Positions 28,706 through 37,031 of a stretch of DNA of 64,000 nt are shown in pieces. The stretch lies in the NCBI GenBank assembly GCA_965213675.1, contig OZ243916.1, positions 1,440,001-1,504,000 of the forward strand, in the 5' to 3' direction. The notes beneath the pieces are model-generated. The model worked only from the letters and a program-made list of their open reading frames with translations. It was not told where the DNA came from and ran no database searches. The translations under genes were made by a program, and so were the position numbers. Positions within the stretch are counted from its first letter, which is position 1. Every line of letters starts with the position of its first letter. The stretch is from an uncultured Candidatus Binatia bacterium. Lineage in GTDB: Bacteria; Desulfobacterota; Binatia; UBA9968; JAJDTQ01.

Positions 28706-29308
28706 ATGATGGGGCTGGACATTGACGGCGTGGTGGCCGACTTTCTCACTCCTTTTCTTCTCCGTCTGGAACAACGCATCGGCAAGCCGATTCCGGCCGG
28801 GTCGCTTGCGAGCGTCGATCTCACCGCGCATCCCGCGTTGACGGAGGAAGCGGTGGAAGCCTGCGCCGACGCGGTGCGGCGGGAGCCGCTCTTCTGGGAC
28901 GGTCTGGACTCGCTTCTCAGCCCGGAACAATGGCGCCGGCTGGACGCGCTGAGCCGGTGCGGACGGCTTTCGTTCATCACTCATCGCACGGGCCACGAGA
29001 GCTGGGACGTTCATGCGGGCACGATGGAGTGGTTGACACGCCACGGCATCACGCGCCCCGACGTGCACCTCGTCGAGCGCGAGAAATCCGCGGTGGTGGA
29101 AAGGCTCGGCGTGGCGCTGTTCGTCGACGACAACTACGAGAACTGCCGGGACGTGGCGGAGAAGACCTCGGCTCGTGTGCTGATGCCGCACCACCCCTAC
29201 AACCGTTCCTTCACCCACCCCGGCGTCACTCGGATCATGCACTTCGACGAGGTGTTCGCGCACTTGGAAACAGCGTTCGACACACCGGCGGCGGCTTTGG
29301 TTCCATAA
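28706..29308 (+). CDS. HAD-superfamily 5'-nucleotidase-like protein (NT5C type)
   Basis: LDIDGVVADF, ITHR, K, FVDD, HPYN. Confidence 0.8.
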   Translation: MMGLDIDGVVADFLTPFLLRLEQRIGKPIPAGSLASVDLTAHPALTEEAVEACADAVRREPLFWDGLDSLLSPEQWRRLDALSRCGRLSFITHRTGHESWDVHAGTMEWLTRHGITRPDVHLVEREKSAVVERLGVALFVDDNYENCRDVAEKTSARVLMPHHPYNRSFTHPGVTRIMHFDEVFAHLETAFDTPAAALVP

Positions 29309-29373
29309 AGAGCCATCGCTTCAGGATACCGTTCCGGAAACCCGGCTGGGCGCAAGACCAGGGGAGGCTCATC

Positions 29374-30099
29374 ATGTACGGTTGGCGCGCGCGTGTAGGC
29401 CACGTGGCTCCGTCCCGCGGAGACACGCTTGTCTATGAGTTCTATCGAATGCTGCCCGCGGGGTTCCAGTTGCTCAACAGCACCGGCACCATCCGGCAAC
29501 TGGTGGACGCCGACTTTGACCGTCAGCTCGAACGCATCGAGGAGGCGGCCCTGGATCTGGTGGACAACGGCTGCGACGTGGTCATCCTGGGGGGTTCGCC
29601 GCTCTTCACCAGGCTGGGCCACGGCAGCGACATCGACATGGGCCGCAGGCTCACCGAAAAGACCGGCATCCCCGTCACCGCGGGCATCACCGGCGAGGTG
29701 GAAGCCCTCAAGGCCATGGGACTCCGGCGGCTGGTGGTGGCCACGCCGCATGAGGACGAGTTGAACGCCCGCATGAAGGCGTTTCTGGAGGCTTCGGGCT
29801 TCGAGGTGCTTCAGATCGAAGGCTACGGCGTGCGCAGGAACTCCGCCATCTCGGACTTGCCCGTGCACGCCTCCTACAAGATCGCCAAGCGCCTCTACGA
29901 GAAGGCGCCGGAGGCGGACGGCCTGTTCATCCCGTGCCCGCGCTGGCCCACCATCGAGGACGTGGAGATCCTGGAGCACGAGATCGGCAAGCCCGTGGTG
30001 ACCAGTTGCCAAGCCTACATCTGGTACGCGCTCAAGCTGATCCGGATCAGGGAAAGCGTGACCGGCTATGGCAGGTTGATGGGCAGCCTGGCCGCGTGA
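29374..30099 (+). CDS. Maleate isomerase/arylmalonate decarboxylase family protein
   Basis: MYGWRARVG, VATPH, ADGLFIPC, IGKPVVTS. Confidence 0.85.
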   Translation: MYGWRARVGHVAPSRGDTLVYEFYRMLPAGFQLLNSTGTIRQLVDADFDRQLERIEEAALDLVDNGCDVVILGGSPLFTRLGHGSDIDMGRRLTEKTGIPVTAGITGEVEALKAMGLRRLVVATPHEDELNARMKAFLEASGFEVLQIEGYGVRRNSAISDLPVHASYKIAKRLYEKAPEADGLFIPCPRWPTIEDVEILEHEIGKPVVTSCQAYIWYALKLIRIRESVTGYGRLMGSLAA

Positions 30100-30200
30100 G
30101 CGCGCCGATGCGATGGGCGAGTGCGAGGTACACGCAATCGTGGATCGGACGGTCGAGCGCCAACTCCAGACGCAGCGCGTCCGCGGAGGCAAGTGAGGCC
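30096..30200 (-). pseudogene. VapC/PIN-domain toxin C-terminal fragment
   Basis: ALRLELALDRPIHDCVYLALAHRIGA resembles the PIN YDxxYLALA motif. Confidence 0.55.
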
Positions 30201-30297
30201 GAGGTACGCCATTTCGAGTTCCAGGTGGTGCTGTTGGTGGCCGCAGGAAGGAGGACCAAGGCTCGTTCAGGCTTGAGCCGAGGCACGGGGTGGGCAA

Positions 30298-30367
30298 CGA
30301 GCTTGTTGAGGTTGTGGGCGATGCAGACCAGCGCCCGTTCATGACGCAACTGATCCAGGCCGCGCCC
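30298..30367 (-). pseudogene. IS1182-like transposase C-terminal remnant
   Basis: RGLDQLRHERALVCIAHNLNKL matches the RGxxKVxxEWxLxCxAHNLxKL pattern. Confidence 0.6.
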
Positions 30368-30369
30368 AG

Positions 30370-30432
30370 GAGCTTGCGCCGCAGGAATTCACGGCGCAAA
30401 TCCGCTTTCGCGAATTCCTGCGGCGCAGGCTC
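30370..30432. mobile_element. MITE family C copy (inverted relative to 15252)
   Basis: GAGCTTGCGCCGCAGGAATTC...GAATTCCTGCGGCGCAGGCTC; CCAG/CTAG flanks. Confidence 0.75.
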
Positions 30433-30690
30433 CTAGGAGCCGAACTTCTCCCACTGCTCGGGGCTGAAGGTCTTCAACGACAGGGCGTGGATTCGTTCGT
30501 CGCCAAGCTCGTCCTTGAGGGCTTCATAGACCATCTTGTGCTGGTCGATGAGACCCTTGCCGGCAAACGAATCATGCACGATGACCACTTGGTAATGGTC
30601 GCCCCCGCCGGTCAGATCCTTGATCATGGGCACCGTGCAACCCGGGAAAACCCGGCCCAGTGTATCTTCTATTTCCTGTGGCTGGATCAT
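30433..30690 (-). CDS. bolA: BolA family protein
   Basis: GGGDHY...FAGKGLIDQHKMVY...IHALSLKT. Confidence 0.92.
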   Translation of the reverse strand: MIQPQEIEDTLGRVFPGCTVPMIKDLTGGGDHYQVVIVHDSFAGKGLIDQHKMVYEALKDELGDERIHALSLKTFSPEQWEKFGS

Positions 30691-30861
30691 ACGGCTGGAT
30701 TAACACAAATCGGGCGCCAACACCATTGCGAGCCAGGGAGACTTCGAACAAGTGCTGCTTGGCGGATTCAGGACTTTCCCACGCTGCCGATTCACACGGA
30801 GGCCGGAGGTTCGGGCGGCGCCCTTCCGGCGGAATGAGGCTTCGCGAGGACCGGAACGAGC

Positions 30862-30988
30862 CCTACCCAAGCCTCGACGCGCATGCCCGGTCAGCGTGGG
30901 ACCGTCCTGTGACAGCCATGGAGCCCCTGGACTTCGCGCGGAAAATTCACCCGTTCGCCCTGAGCGCGGCGCAGCGAAGTCGAGGGGG
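30862..30988. repeat. REP-like dispersed repeats (CCGTTCGCCCTGAGC...GTCGAAGGG type)
   Basis: Related segments at about 6583-6625, 18788-18828 and 35548-35600. Confidence 0.55.
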
Positions 30989-31002
30989 CGCCATTGGCCA
31001 TT

Positions 31003-31509
31003 CTATGCCTGCGGGTCGTAGTCGGCCCGGAGTTGCTGGGTCATGGCGCGCATGTCCGCCCGCAACTCCTCATTGGTGGGCCGTCCGACGTAATACCAGC
31101 CGTTGTAGATGCGGTGGACCGACAGGTCCGGCAGGAGCGAGAAGGCGTACGGGATCGCCAGCGTCCCGTGCCGCTTGTCCGTGGTATCGACGATGTCCAG
31201 CGCCTCGATGGCCTTGAACTCCTGATCGCTGAGAAACGGGAATGTCGCTCCGAGACCGTTGCGCAGCGCCCCGTTCACCTTGGGCGGATCGACGCTGACC
31301 ACGGCAATCCGGCAGTAGCTCACGGGAAGTTCTTCCTGAAGGACGACCAGGTGGCGCAACTGCACCACGCACTTCCCTCACCAGTAGCCCCGGTAGAACA
31401 CCACCACGAGCGGGAACTTGCCCTCGGTGATTTCCGACAGCTTCAGTTCCGTGCCCCTCTGATCCTCCAAGGCCAGATCCGGAAAATTCGCGCCGACTGT
31501 TTGGTTCAT
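31003..31509 (-). CDS. Selenocysteine-containing AhpC/TSA peroxiredoxin-like protein (UxxC), 168 aa
   Basis: ATG 31509 with GGAGG RBS: MNQTVGANFPDLALED...VVFYRGYW-UGA(31378-31380)-GKCVVQL..., in frame with ORF 31003-31368; downstream hairpin. Confidence 0.88.
31335..31380 (-). promoter_or_regulatory. Putative bacterial SECIS element
   Basis: UGAGGGA/UCCUUCA lower stem; GUGGUGCA-GU-UGCGCCAC upper stem with apical G about 18 nt after the UGA. Confidence 0.65.
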
Positions 31510-31683
31510 GACGTGCCTCCTTGTGTGTCGTGTCCCGCAGCGGACTGTGACAAGTTGCGCGGAATTACCAGTTGCGCAGGATTTCTTCTTGCCGGCAAGA
31601 CCCGTTGACTTGCCAGGCCACCGGTTGCCGACCCGTTTACGGGAACCAGATGAGGAAGAAGTGGACCGGGCGGGGCGCCCGCG

Positions 31684-32784
31684 TCAGGCCCGGATGTCCT
31701 CCAGGAACAACCCGGTGGGGATCTCCCGTCCGAGGCCGGCGTCGCGGGCGCGTTCGTAGACGGCGCCGGTGACGGCGCTGAACTGCGGGCCGATGGCGCC
31801 GATGTTCATGAACCAGGCGGTCTGCTCCGGGCTGGTGCGGCCGGGGATCCGGCCGCTCATGACGTCGGGCAGCTTTGGAATGTCCACGATCTCGCGGGTC
31901 AGGTTCACACGCGGCACCAGCGCCCGCTCGTCTTCCTGGCCAGCCACGTACCCGAGGTAACCACCGCGGGCGTAGAAGGCCTCGGGCGGAAGCTTCTCCA
32001 GGTAGGGGGTCGCGTCCCCCGGGCGCACCGCCACGTCCACCGCGTCGAGAAAGCCCGGCTCCACGGAGTTCCGGTTGACGTCGATGACGGTCATGCCGGG
32101 CTCCAGCCAGTCCGCAAAGAACACCGGCTCGATGGCGGAGGCGCAGCAGCACACGATGTCCGCGCCGCGCACCGCCGTGCGCGCGTCCGCGGCCGGTTCC
32201 ACCTCGATGCCGTGCCGTTCCCGCATCTCTTCGGCGTAGCGCAGGGCGTTGGCGGGATCGAGGCTGAAGACCGATACCCTGGATATGGGACGCACGCGCA
32301 ACAGCGCGTCAAGGTAGCTTCGGGCCATGCCGCCGGAGCCGATCATCGCCACCGTGCGGCTGTCCTGCCGCGCCAGGTACCGGGCTCCCAGGCCGGCGCC
32401 CGCGCCCACGCGGTCGTGCTGGAGGCGGCCGTCGTTCATCATGGCCACCGGTGTTCCGTCACGGGTGCTGAAGAGCAGCAACAGGCCGCACCAGGTACCG
32501 GGCGCGCCGGCGTACTTGTTCTCGCGCCGGTGGCCCCGCTCCATGGGCCAGCTCACCATGTCCGAGATGATGCGGATGCAGGAGTAGCCGTCCTGGCGGC
32601 TGCCCCCGACCATGAGAGCGAGGCGGTGATAGGGCGACTCCTTCCCCGAGGGCACGTACATGTCCATGCGCCCCATGCCCACCGCGTCACCCCTGGCCAG
32701 CTCCCGGAAGAGGCTCTCCAAGGCGTCCAGGCAAAGCGGCATGTCGATGACCTGCGCGACATCGTCGTTGTTGAGAAACAGCAT
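31684..32784 (-). CDS. Ornithine cyclodeaminase/mu-crystallin family protein
   Basis: MLFLNNDDV, RVGAGAGLGARYLA, IGSGGMA, GRTSPEQ. Confidence 0.88.
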   Translation of the reverse strand: MLFLNNDDVAQVIDMPLCLDALESLFRELARGDAVGMGRMDMYVPSGKESPYHRLALMVGGSRQDGYSCIRIISDMVSWPMERGHRRENKYAGAPGTWCGLLLLFSTRDGTPVAMMNDGRLQHDRVGAGAGLGARYLARQDSRTVAMIGSGGMARSYLDALLRVRPISRVSVFSLDPANALRYAEEMRERHGIEVEPAADARTAVRGADIVCCCASAIEPVFFADWLEPGMTVIDVNRNSVEPGFLDAVDVAVRPGDATPYLEKLPPEAFYARGGYLGYVAGQEDERALVPRVNLTREIVDIPKLPDVMSGRIPGRTSPEQTAWFMNIGAIGPQFSAVTGAVYERARDAGLGREIPTGLFLEDIRA

Positions 32785-32915
32785 GGCAAGCTCCTGGCAA
32801 ACGCCGCCGAAGGGTTTGCCGCCACCGCGCGGTGGAGTATATTTGCGATGCTTCTTCACACTGGCGCTTGACGTCGGCGGCGTGGAGAAGCATCGCACCG
32901 AAAGGAGAACACGTC

Positions 32916-33137
32916 ATGCCTCTTTACGAATTCCAGTGCAAGGGTTGCGGCCATGAATTCGAGGACCTGGTCCTGGGCTCCGCCAAGCCGGCGTGCCCGT
33001 CCTGCAACGGCCAGCAACTTGAGCGGATGCTGTCGGTTTTTGCGGTCAACGCGGCCACGGCCGACCCCATGCCGGTCGCCGGAGGCTGCGGCGCCTGCGG
33101 GGACCCCAGGGGACCCGGGGCCTGTTCGATGAACTGA
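32916..33137 (+). CDS. FmdB family zinc-ribbon protein
   Basis: MPLYEFQCKGCGHEFE...CPSC...CGACG. Confidence 0.88.
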   Translation: MPLYEFQCKGCGHEFEDLVLGSAKPACPSCNGQQLERMLSVFAVNAATADPMPVAGGCGACGDPRGPGACSMN

Positions 33138-33262
33138 CGGATGCCGCCTTCCTCATCGGCGGGCGATGAATGGCGGCCTTCCCCGCCGTGAGCCGCCGCG
33201 CGCGGCGTGACTTTGCAAGGAAAATCGGCTAGATAATACAAGAACTCCTCAAGGGAGTCAGA

Positions 33263-33368
33263 CACCTTATCCAGAGTGGTGGAGGGGCAGGCCCGTTGAA
33301 GCCACAGCAACCGTGTTCCCGAAGGGAACGCAGGTGCTAATTCCGGCCCGCAAGGGACAGATAAGGTG
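33263..33368 (+). ncRNA. SAM-I (S-box) riboswitch
   Basis: CACCTTATCCAGAG-GGTGGAGGG-GGCCC-TGAAGCC-CAGCAACC...GGTGCTAATTCC...GATAAGGTG, with P1 CACCTTATC/GATAAGGTG. Confidence 0.93.
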
Positions 33369-33373
33369 AGGAG

Positions 33374-33407
33374 AAACCTCTTCTCATCTTGGAAGAGGTT
33401 TTTTTTT
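33374..33407 (+). terminator. Intrinsic terminator (riboswitch expression platform)
   Basis: AACCTCTTC-loop-GAAGAGGTT followed by a T-run. Confidence 0.85.
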
Positions 33408-33496
33408 CGTCCAGGTGTTTCGTTCTGGCGTCGTTTTCGTTCTGGCGTCGTGTTGGGAGTGTCCCGAATCGGGAGCGCCCTTGGAGGCCGCGGTCG

Positions 33497-34279
33497 ATGC
33501 GTCTGAGTCCTGAGCAGGTTGAGCGCTACAGCCGGCAGATCATGATCCCCGACGTGGGCGGCAGCGGCCAGATCCGCCTGCGTCAGGCCAGCGTGCTCGT
33601 GGTGGGGGCGGGCGGTCTGGGATGTCCCGCCGCGTACTACCTGGCCGCGGCCGGCCTTGGGCGCCTGGGCATCGTCGACGGCGACGCCGTGGACCTGTCC
33701 AACCTGCAGCGGCAGATCCTTCACACCACGGCCGACCTGGACCGGCGCAAGGTGGAGTCGGCCCGGTCCCGGCTGCTGGCGCTCAACGCCGAGGTGGATG
33801 TGGAGGTCCACGCCACGCGCCTGACCGGCGAGAACGCGACGGAGCTGATGGCACCCTACGACTTCATCATCGACGGCAGCGACAACTTCGACACCAAGTT
33901 TCTCGTGAACGACGTGGCCGTGTCCCTGGGCAAGCCCTTCTCCCACGCGGGCATCGTCCGCCTCCAGGGACAGACCATGACCGTGGTGCCGCCGGAGAGC
34001 GCGTGTTACCGCTGCCTCTTCGAGGAGCCACCGGCGCCGGGGGAGGTGCCCGGCTGCCAGCAGGCGGGCATCCTGGGAGCGGTGGCCGGGACCATCGGCT
34101 CCATTCAGGCCACCGAGGCCGTCAAATACATTGTCGGCCTGGAGGAGCACCTGCTGGTGAACCGGATGCTAACCTACGACGCCAGGGCCATGGAAATTCG
34201 CAACGTACCCGTGGCGCCGAACCCGCGCTGCACGGCCTGCGGCGCGGGAGCGCCGGTTTCTCAAAGGAGTCACGCATGA
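33497..34279 (+). CDS. MoeB/ThiF-family adenylyltransferase (no rhodanese domain)
   Basis: RYSRQ, GAGGLG, SNLQRQ, DNF, CYRC, C-terminal CTAC. Confidence 0.92.
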   Translation: MRLSPEQVERYSRQIMIPDVGGSGQIRLRQASVLVVGAGGLGCPAAYYLAAAGLGRLGIVDGDAVDLSNLQRQILHTTADLDRRKVESARSRLLALNAEVDVEVHATRLTGENATELMAPYDFIIDGSDNFDTKFLVNDVAVSLGKPFSHAGIVRLQGQTMTVVPPESACYRCLFEEPPAPGEVPGCQQAGILGAVAGTIGSIQATEAVKYIVGLEEHLLVNRMLTYDARAMEIRNVPVAPNPRCTACGAGAPVSQRSHA

Positions 34280-35541
34280 GCTTTGTTCTAGGACTGCAAT
34301 GCCGGGAGTGCCGGCGGGACTATCCCACGGCGCCCCTGCATGTGTGCGAGGACTGCTTCGGCCCGCTGGAGGTGATGTACGACTACGACGGCATCCGCGA
34401 CAGCGTGAGCCGCGAGAAGATCGCCGCGCGCCCGCGGAACCTGTGGCGCTATCGCGAGTTGCTGCCCGTGGAGAAGGAGCCCCGGGTGGGCCTCTACTCC
34501 GGCTTCACCCCGCTCATCCGGGCCCGCCGCCTGGGGCAGGCGCTGGGCGTGCAGGAGTTGTACCTCAAGGACGACTCGGTGAACCATCCGACTTTCTCCT
34601 ACAAGGACCGGGTGGTATCGGTGGCCATCTCCAAGGCCATCGAGTTCGGCTACGAGACCGTTTCGTGCGCCTCCACCGGCAACCTCGCCAACTCGGTGTC
34701 GGCCCACGCCGCCAGCGCGGGCCTCAATTGCTACGTCTTCATTCCCGAAGGCCTCGAGGAGGGGAAGATCGTCGGCTCGGCCATCTACGGCCCGCGCACC
34801 GTGGCCATCAAGGGGACCTACGACGACGTGAACCGGCTGTGCAGCGAGATCGGCGACAAGTACCAGTGGGCCTTCGTCAACGTAAACCTTCGGCCCTACT
34901 ACTCCGAAGGCGCCAAGACCCATGCCTTCGAGGTGGCCGAGCAACTCGGCTGGAAGCTGCCGCGCCACATCGTGGTGGGCTCCGCGGGGGGCACCATCCT
35001 GCCCAAGCTGGGCAAGGGGTTCAAGGAGTTGCGCACGGTGGGGCTGGTGGACCCGGACGAGCCGTGCAGCATCTACTCCGCGCAGGCCGCCGGCTGCTCT
35101 CCCATCATCGACGCGCTCAAGCGCGGCACCGACGTCGTGGACCCGGTGAAGCCCGACACCATCGCCACATCCATCGCCATCGGCAACCCGGCCGACGGCT
35201 ACTACGTCATCCAGACGCTCCATGAAACCGGCGGCTGGGGCGAAAGCGTCACCGACGAGGAAATCCTCGACGGCATCCGCCTGCTGGCCTCCACCGAGGG
35301 CATCTTTACCGAACCCGCGGGCGGTACCGAGGTCGCAGTGACCAGGAAACTCATCGAGCAGGGACGGATCCCGCGGGACGAGTCCATCGTCATCTCCATC
35401 ACCGGGAACGGTTACAAGACCATCGAGACCGTAGCCCGCATCATCGACCGGCCCTACAGCATCGACGCCGGCCTGAACGACTTCGACGAGTTGTACGGCG
35501 CCCTGACGCGCGCGACCGAGCCGGACGCGAAGGCCGGATGA
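34276..35541 (+). CDS. Threonine synthase-like PLP enzyme (candidate O-phosphohomoserine sulfhydrylase)
   Basis: N-terminal CxxC/CxxC, PTFSYKDR, ASTGN, EGAKT, TGNG; ATGA overlap with moeB. Confidence 0.85.
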   Translation: MSFVLGLQCRECRRDYPTAPLHVCEDCFGPLEVMYDYDGIRDSVSREKIAARPRNLWRYRELLPVEKEPRVGLYSGFTPLIRARRLGQALGVQELYLKDDSVNHPTFSYKDRVVSVAISKAIEFGYETVSCASTGNLANSVSAHAASAGLNCYVFIPEGLEEGKIVGSAIYGPRTVAIKGTYDDVNRLCSEIGDKYQWAFVNVNLRPYYSEGAKTHAFEVAEQLGWKLPRHIVVGSAGGTILPKLGKGFKELRTVGLVDPDEPCSIYSAQAAGCSPIIDALKRGTDVVDPVKPDTIATSIAIGNPADGYYVIQTLHETGGWGESVTDEEILDGIRLLASTEGIFTEPAGGTEVAVTRKLIEQGRIPRDESIVISITGNGYKTIETVARIIDRPYSIDAGLNDFDELYGALTRATEPDAKAG

Positions 35542-35663
35542 GCGGACCCCGTCCGGCCCTCGACACGGATGCCCGCTCAGCGTGGGATCGTCGTGCGCGA
35601 GCCGCGGAAGCTGTTGAAATGGTCGGGTCCGGGTTCTATCCTGATCGAGAAGGAGGTTCTTTC

Positions 35664-35942
35664 ATGAGTGTTCGTGTACGCGTACCCACGCCGCTGAGAA
35701 AATTCACCCAGGGATCGGACGAAGTCGACGTCAACGGCGGCACCGTTCTGGCCATGCTGGAGGATCTGGAGCAGAAGCATCCCGGCATCAAGGAACGCAT
35801 CATGGACGAAGGCGGCAAGGTGCGCCGGTTCGTGAACGTCTATGTCAACGGCGACGACATCCGCTTTCTGCAGAACGTCGACACCGCGTTGAAGGACGGC
35901 GACAGCATCTCCATCGTCCCCGCCATCGCCGGCGGCGTTTGA
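35664..35942 (+). CDS. MoaD/CysO-like ubiquitin-fold sulfur carrier protein
   Basis: VPTPLR...RRFVNVYVNGDDIRF...PAIAGGV; AGGAGG RBS. Confidence 0.92.
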   Translation: MSVRVRVPTPLRKFTQGSDEVDVNGGTVLAMLEDLEQKHPGIKERIMDEGGKVRRFVNVYVNGDDIRFLQNVDTALKDGDSISIVPAIAGGV

Positions 35943-35969
35943 CCGTCCAACGGATTCCGCGCACGCCCC

Positions 35970-36965
35970 ATGCTCGCCGCGCTGAAACAGGACGGCGCTT
36001 CGCCGCCGCGCAAGCCACGCAAGGTCGACCGCATCGTCGAGCTTGTCGGCAACACGCCCTTGGTGCCGATCCGGCGGATCACCCGGGGACTGTCCCGGGG
36101 TGTGCGGGTGCTGGCCAAGCTGGAGGGCTTCAATCCGGGTGGGTCGGTCAAGGACCGCCCCGCCCTCAGGATGATCCGGGAAGCCATCGACACAGGGCAG
36201 CTCAGTCCCGGCCGCACCCTCATCGACTCCACTTCGGGCAACACCGGCATCGCCATCGCCATGATCGGCGCGGCGCTGGGCCATCCCGTACGGCTTGTGG
36301 TGCCCGCCAACGTGAGTGAGGAACGCAAGAACATCATTCGGTGGTTCGGCGCGGAGATCGTCTACAGCGATCCGCTGGAAGGATCCGACGGAGCCATCCG
36401 CCGCTGCCGCACCATCGTCGCGGAAGAGCCGGAACGGTACTTCAAGCCCGACCAGTACTTCAACCCGATGAACAGTCAGGCCCATTACGAGACCACCGGT
36501 CCCGAGATCCACGAACAGACCGAAGGGAGCGTCACCCACTTCATCGCCGGCATCGGCACCGGCGGCACCGTGATGGGGGTGGGACGTTTCCTGAAGGAGC
36601 GGGATTCGCGCATCCGCGTGATCGCGGCCGAGCCCGACTCGGCGCTGCACGGGCTCGAAGGGCTCAAGCACATGGCCAGCTCCATCGTTCCGGGGATCTA
36701 CCGGGAGGATGAGCTCGATCTCAAGATCCCGGTGTCCACCGAAGATGCCTACGACATGGTGTACCGGCTGAGCCAGGAGGAGGGGCTGCTGGTGGGGCAA
36801 TCCTCCGGCGCGGCCATGGTGGCGGCCATGGGTGTCGCCCGGCGGCTCACGCACGGCACCGTGGTGGTGGTGTTCCCCGACTTCGGTGCGCGTTACATGA
36901 CCACGAACCTCTGGACCACCTGGAAGGAAAGCCTTGACGTCGGCAACGTGGACTTTGCCATCTGA
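35970..36965 (+). CDS. cysM: Cysteine synthase (CysM-type)
   Basis: GNTPLV, NPGGSVKDR, TSGNTG, GTGGT, VGQSSG. Confidence 0.88.
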   Translation: MLAALKQDGASPPRKPRKVDRIVELVGNTPLVPIRRITRGLSRGVRVLAKLEGFNPGGSVKDRPALRMIREAIDTGQLSPGRTLIDSTSGNTGIAIAMIGAALGHPVRLVVPANVSEERKNIIRWFGAEIVYSDPLEGSDGAIRRCRTIVAEEPERYFKPDQYFNPMNSQAHYETTGPEIHEQTEGSVTHFIAGIGTGGTVMGVGRFLKERDSRIRVIAAEPDSALHGLEGLKHMASSIVPGIYREDELDLKIPVSTEDAYDMVYRLSQEEGLLVGQSSGAAMVAAMGVARRLTHGTVVVVFPDFGARYMTTNLWTTWKESLDVGNVDFAI

Positions 36966-37031
36966 CGCTCCCGCTCCGGACCGCGCCCACGGACTCCCGG
37001 GACCGGACTCTGGCGCTCGCCCCCAACGGCC

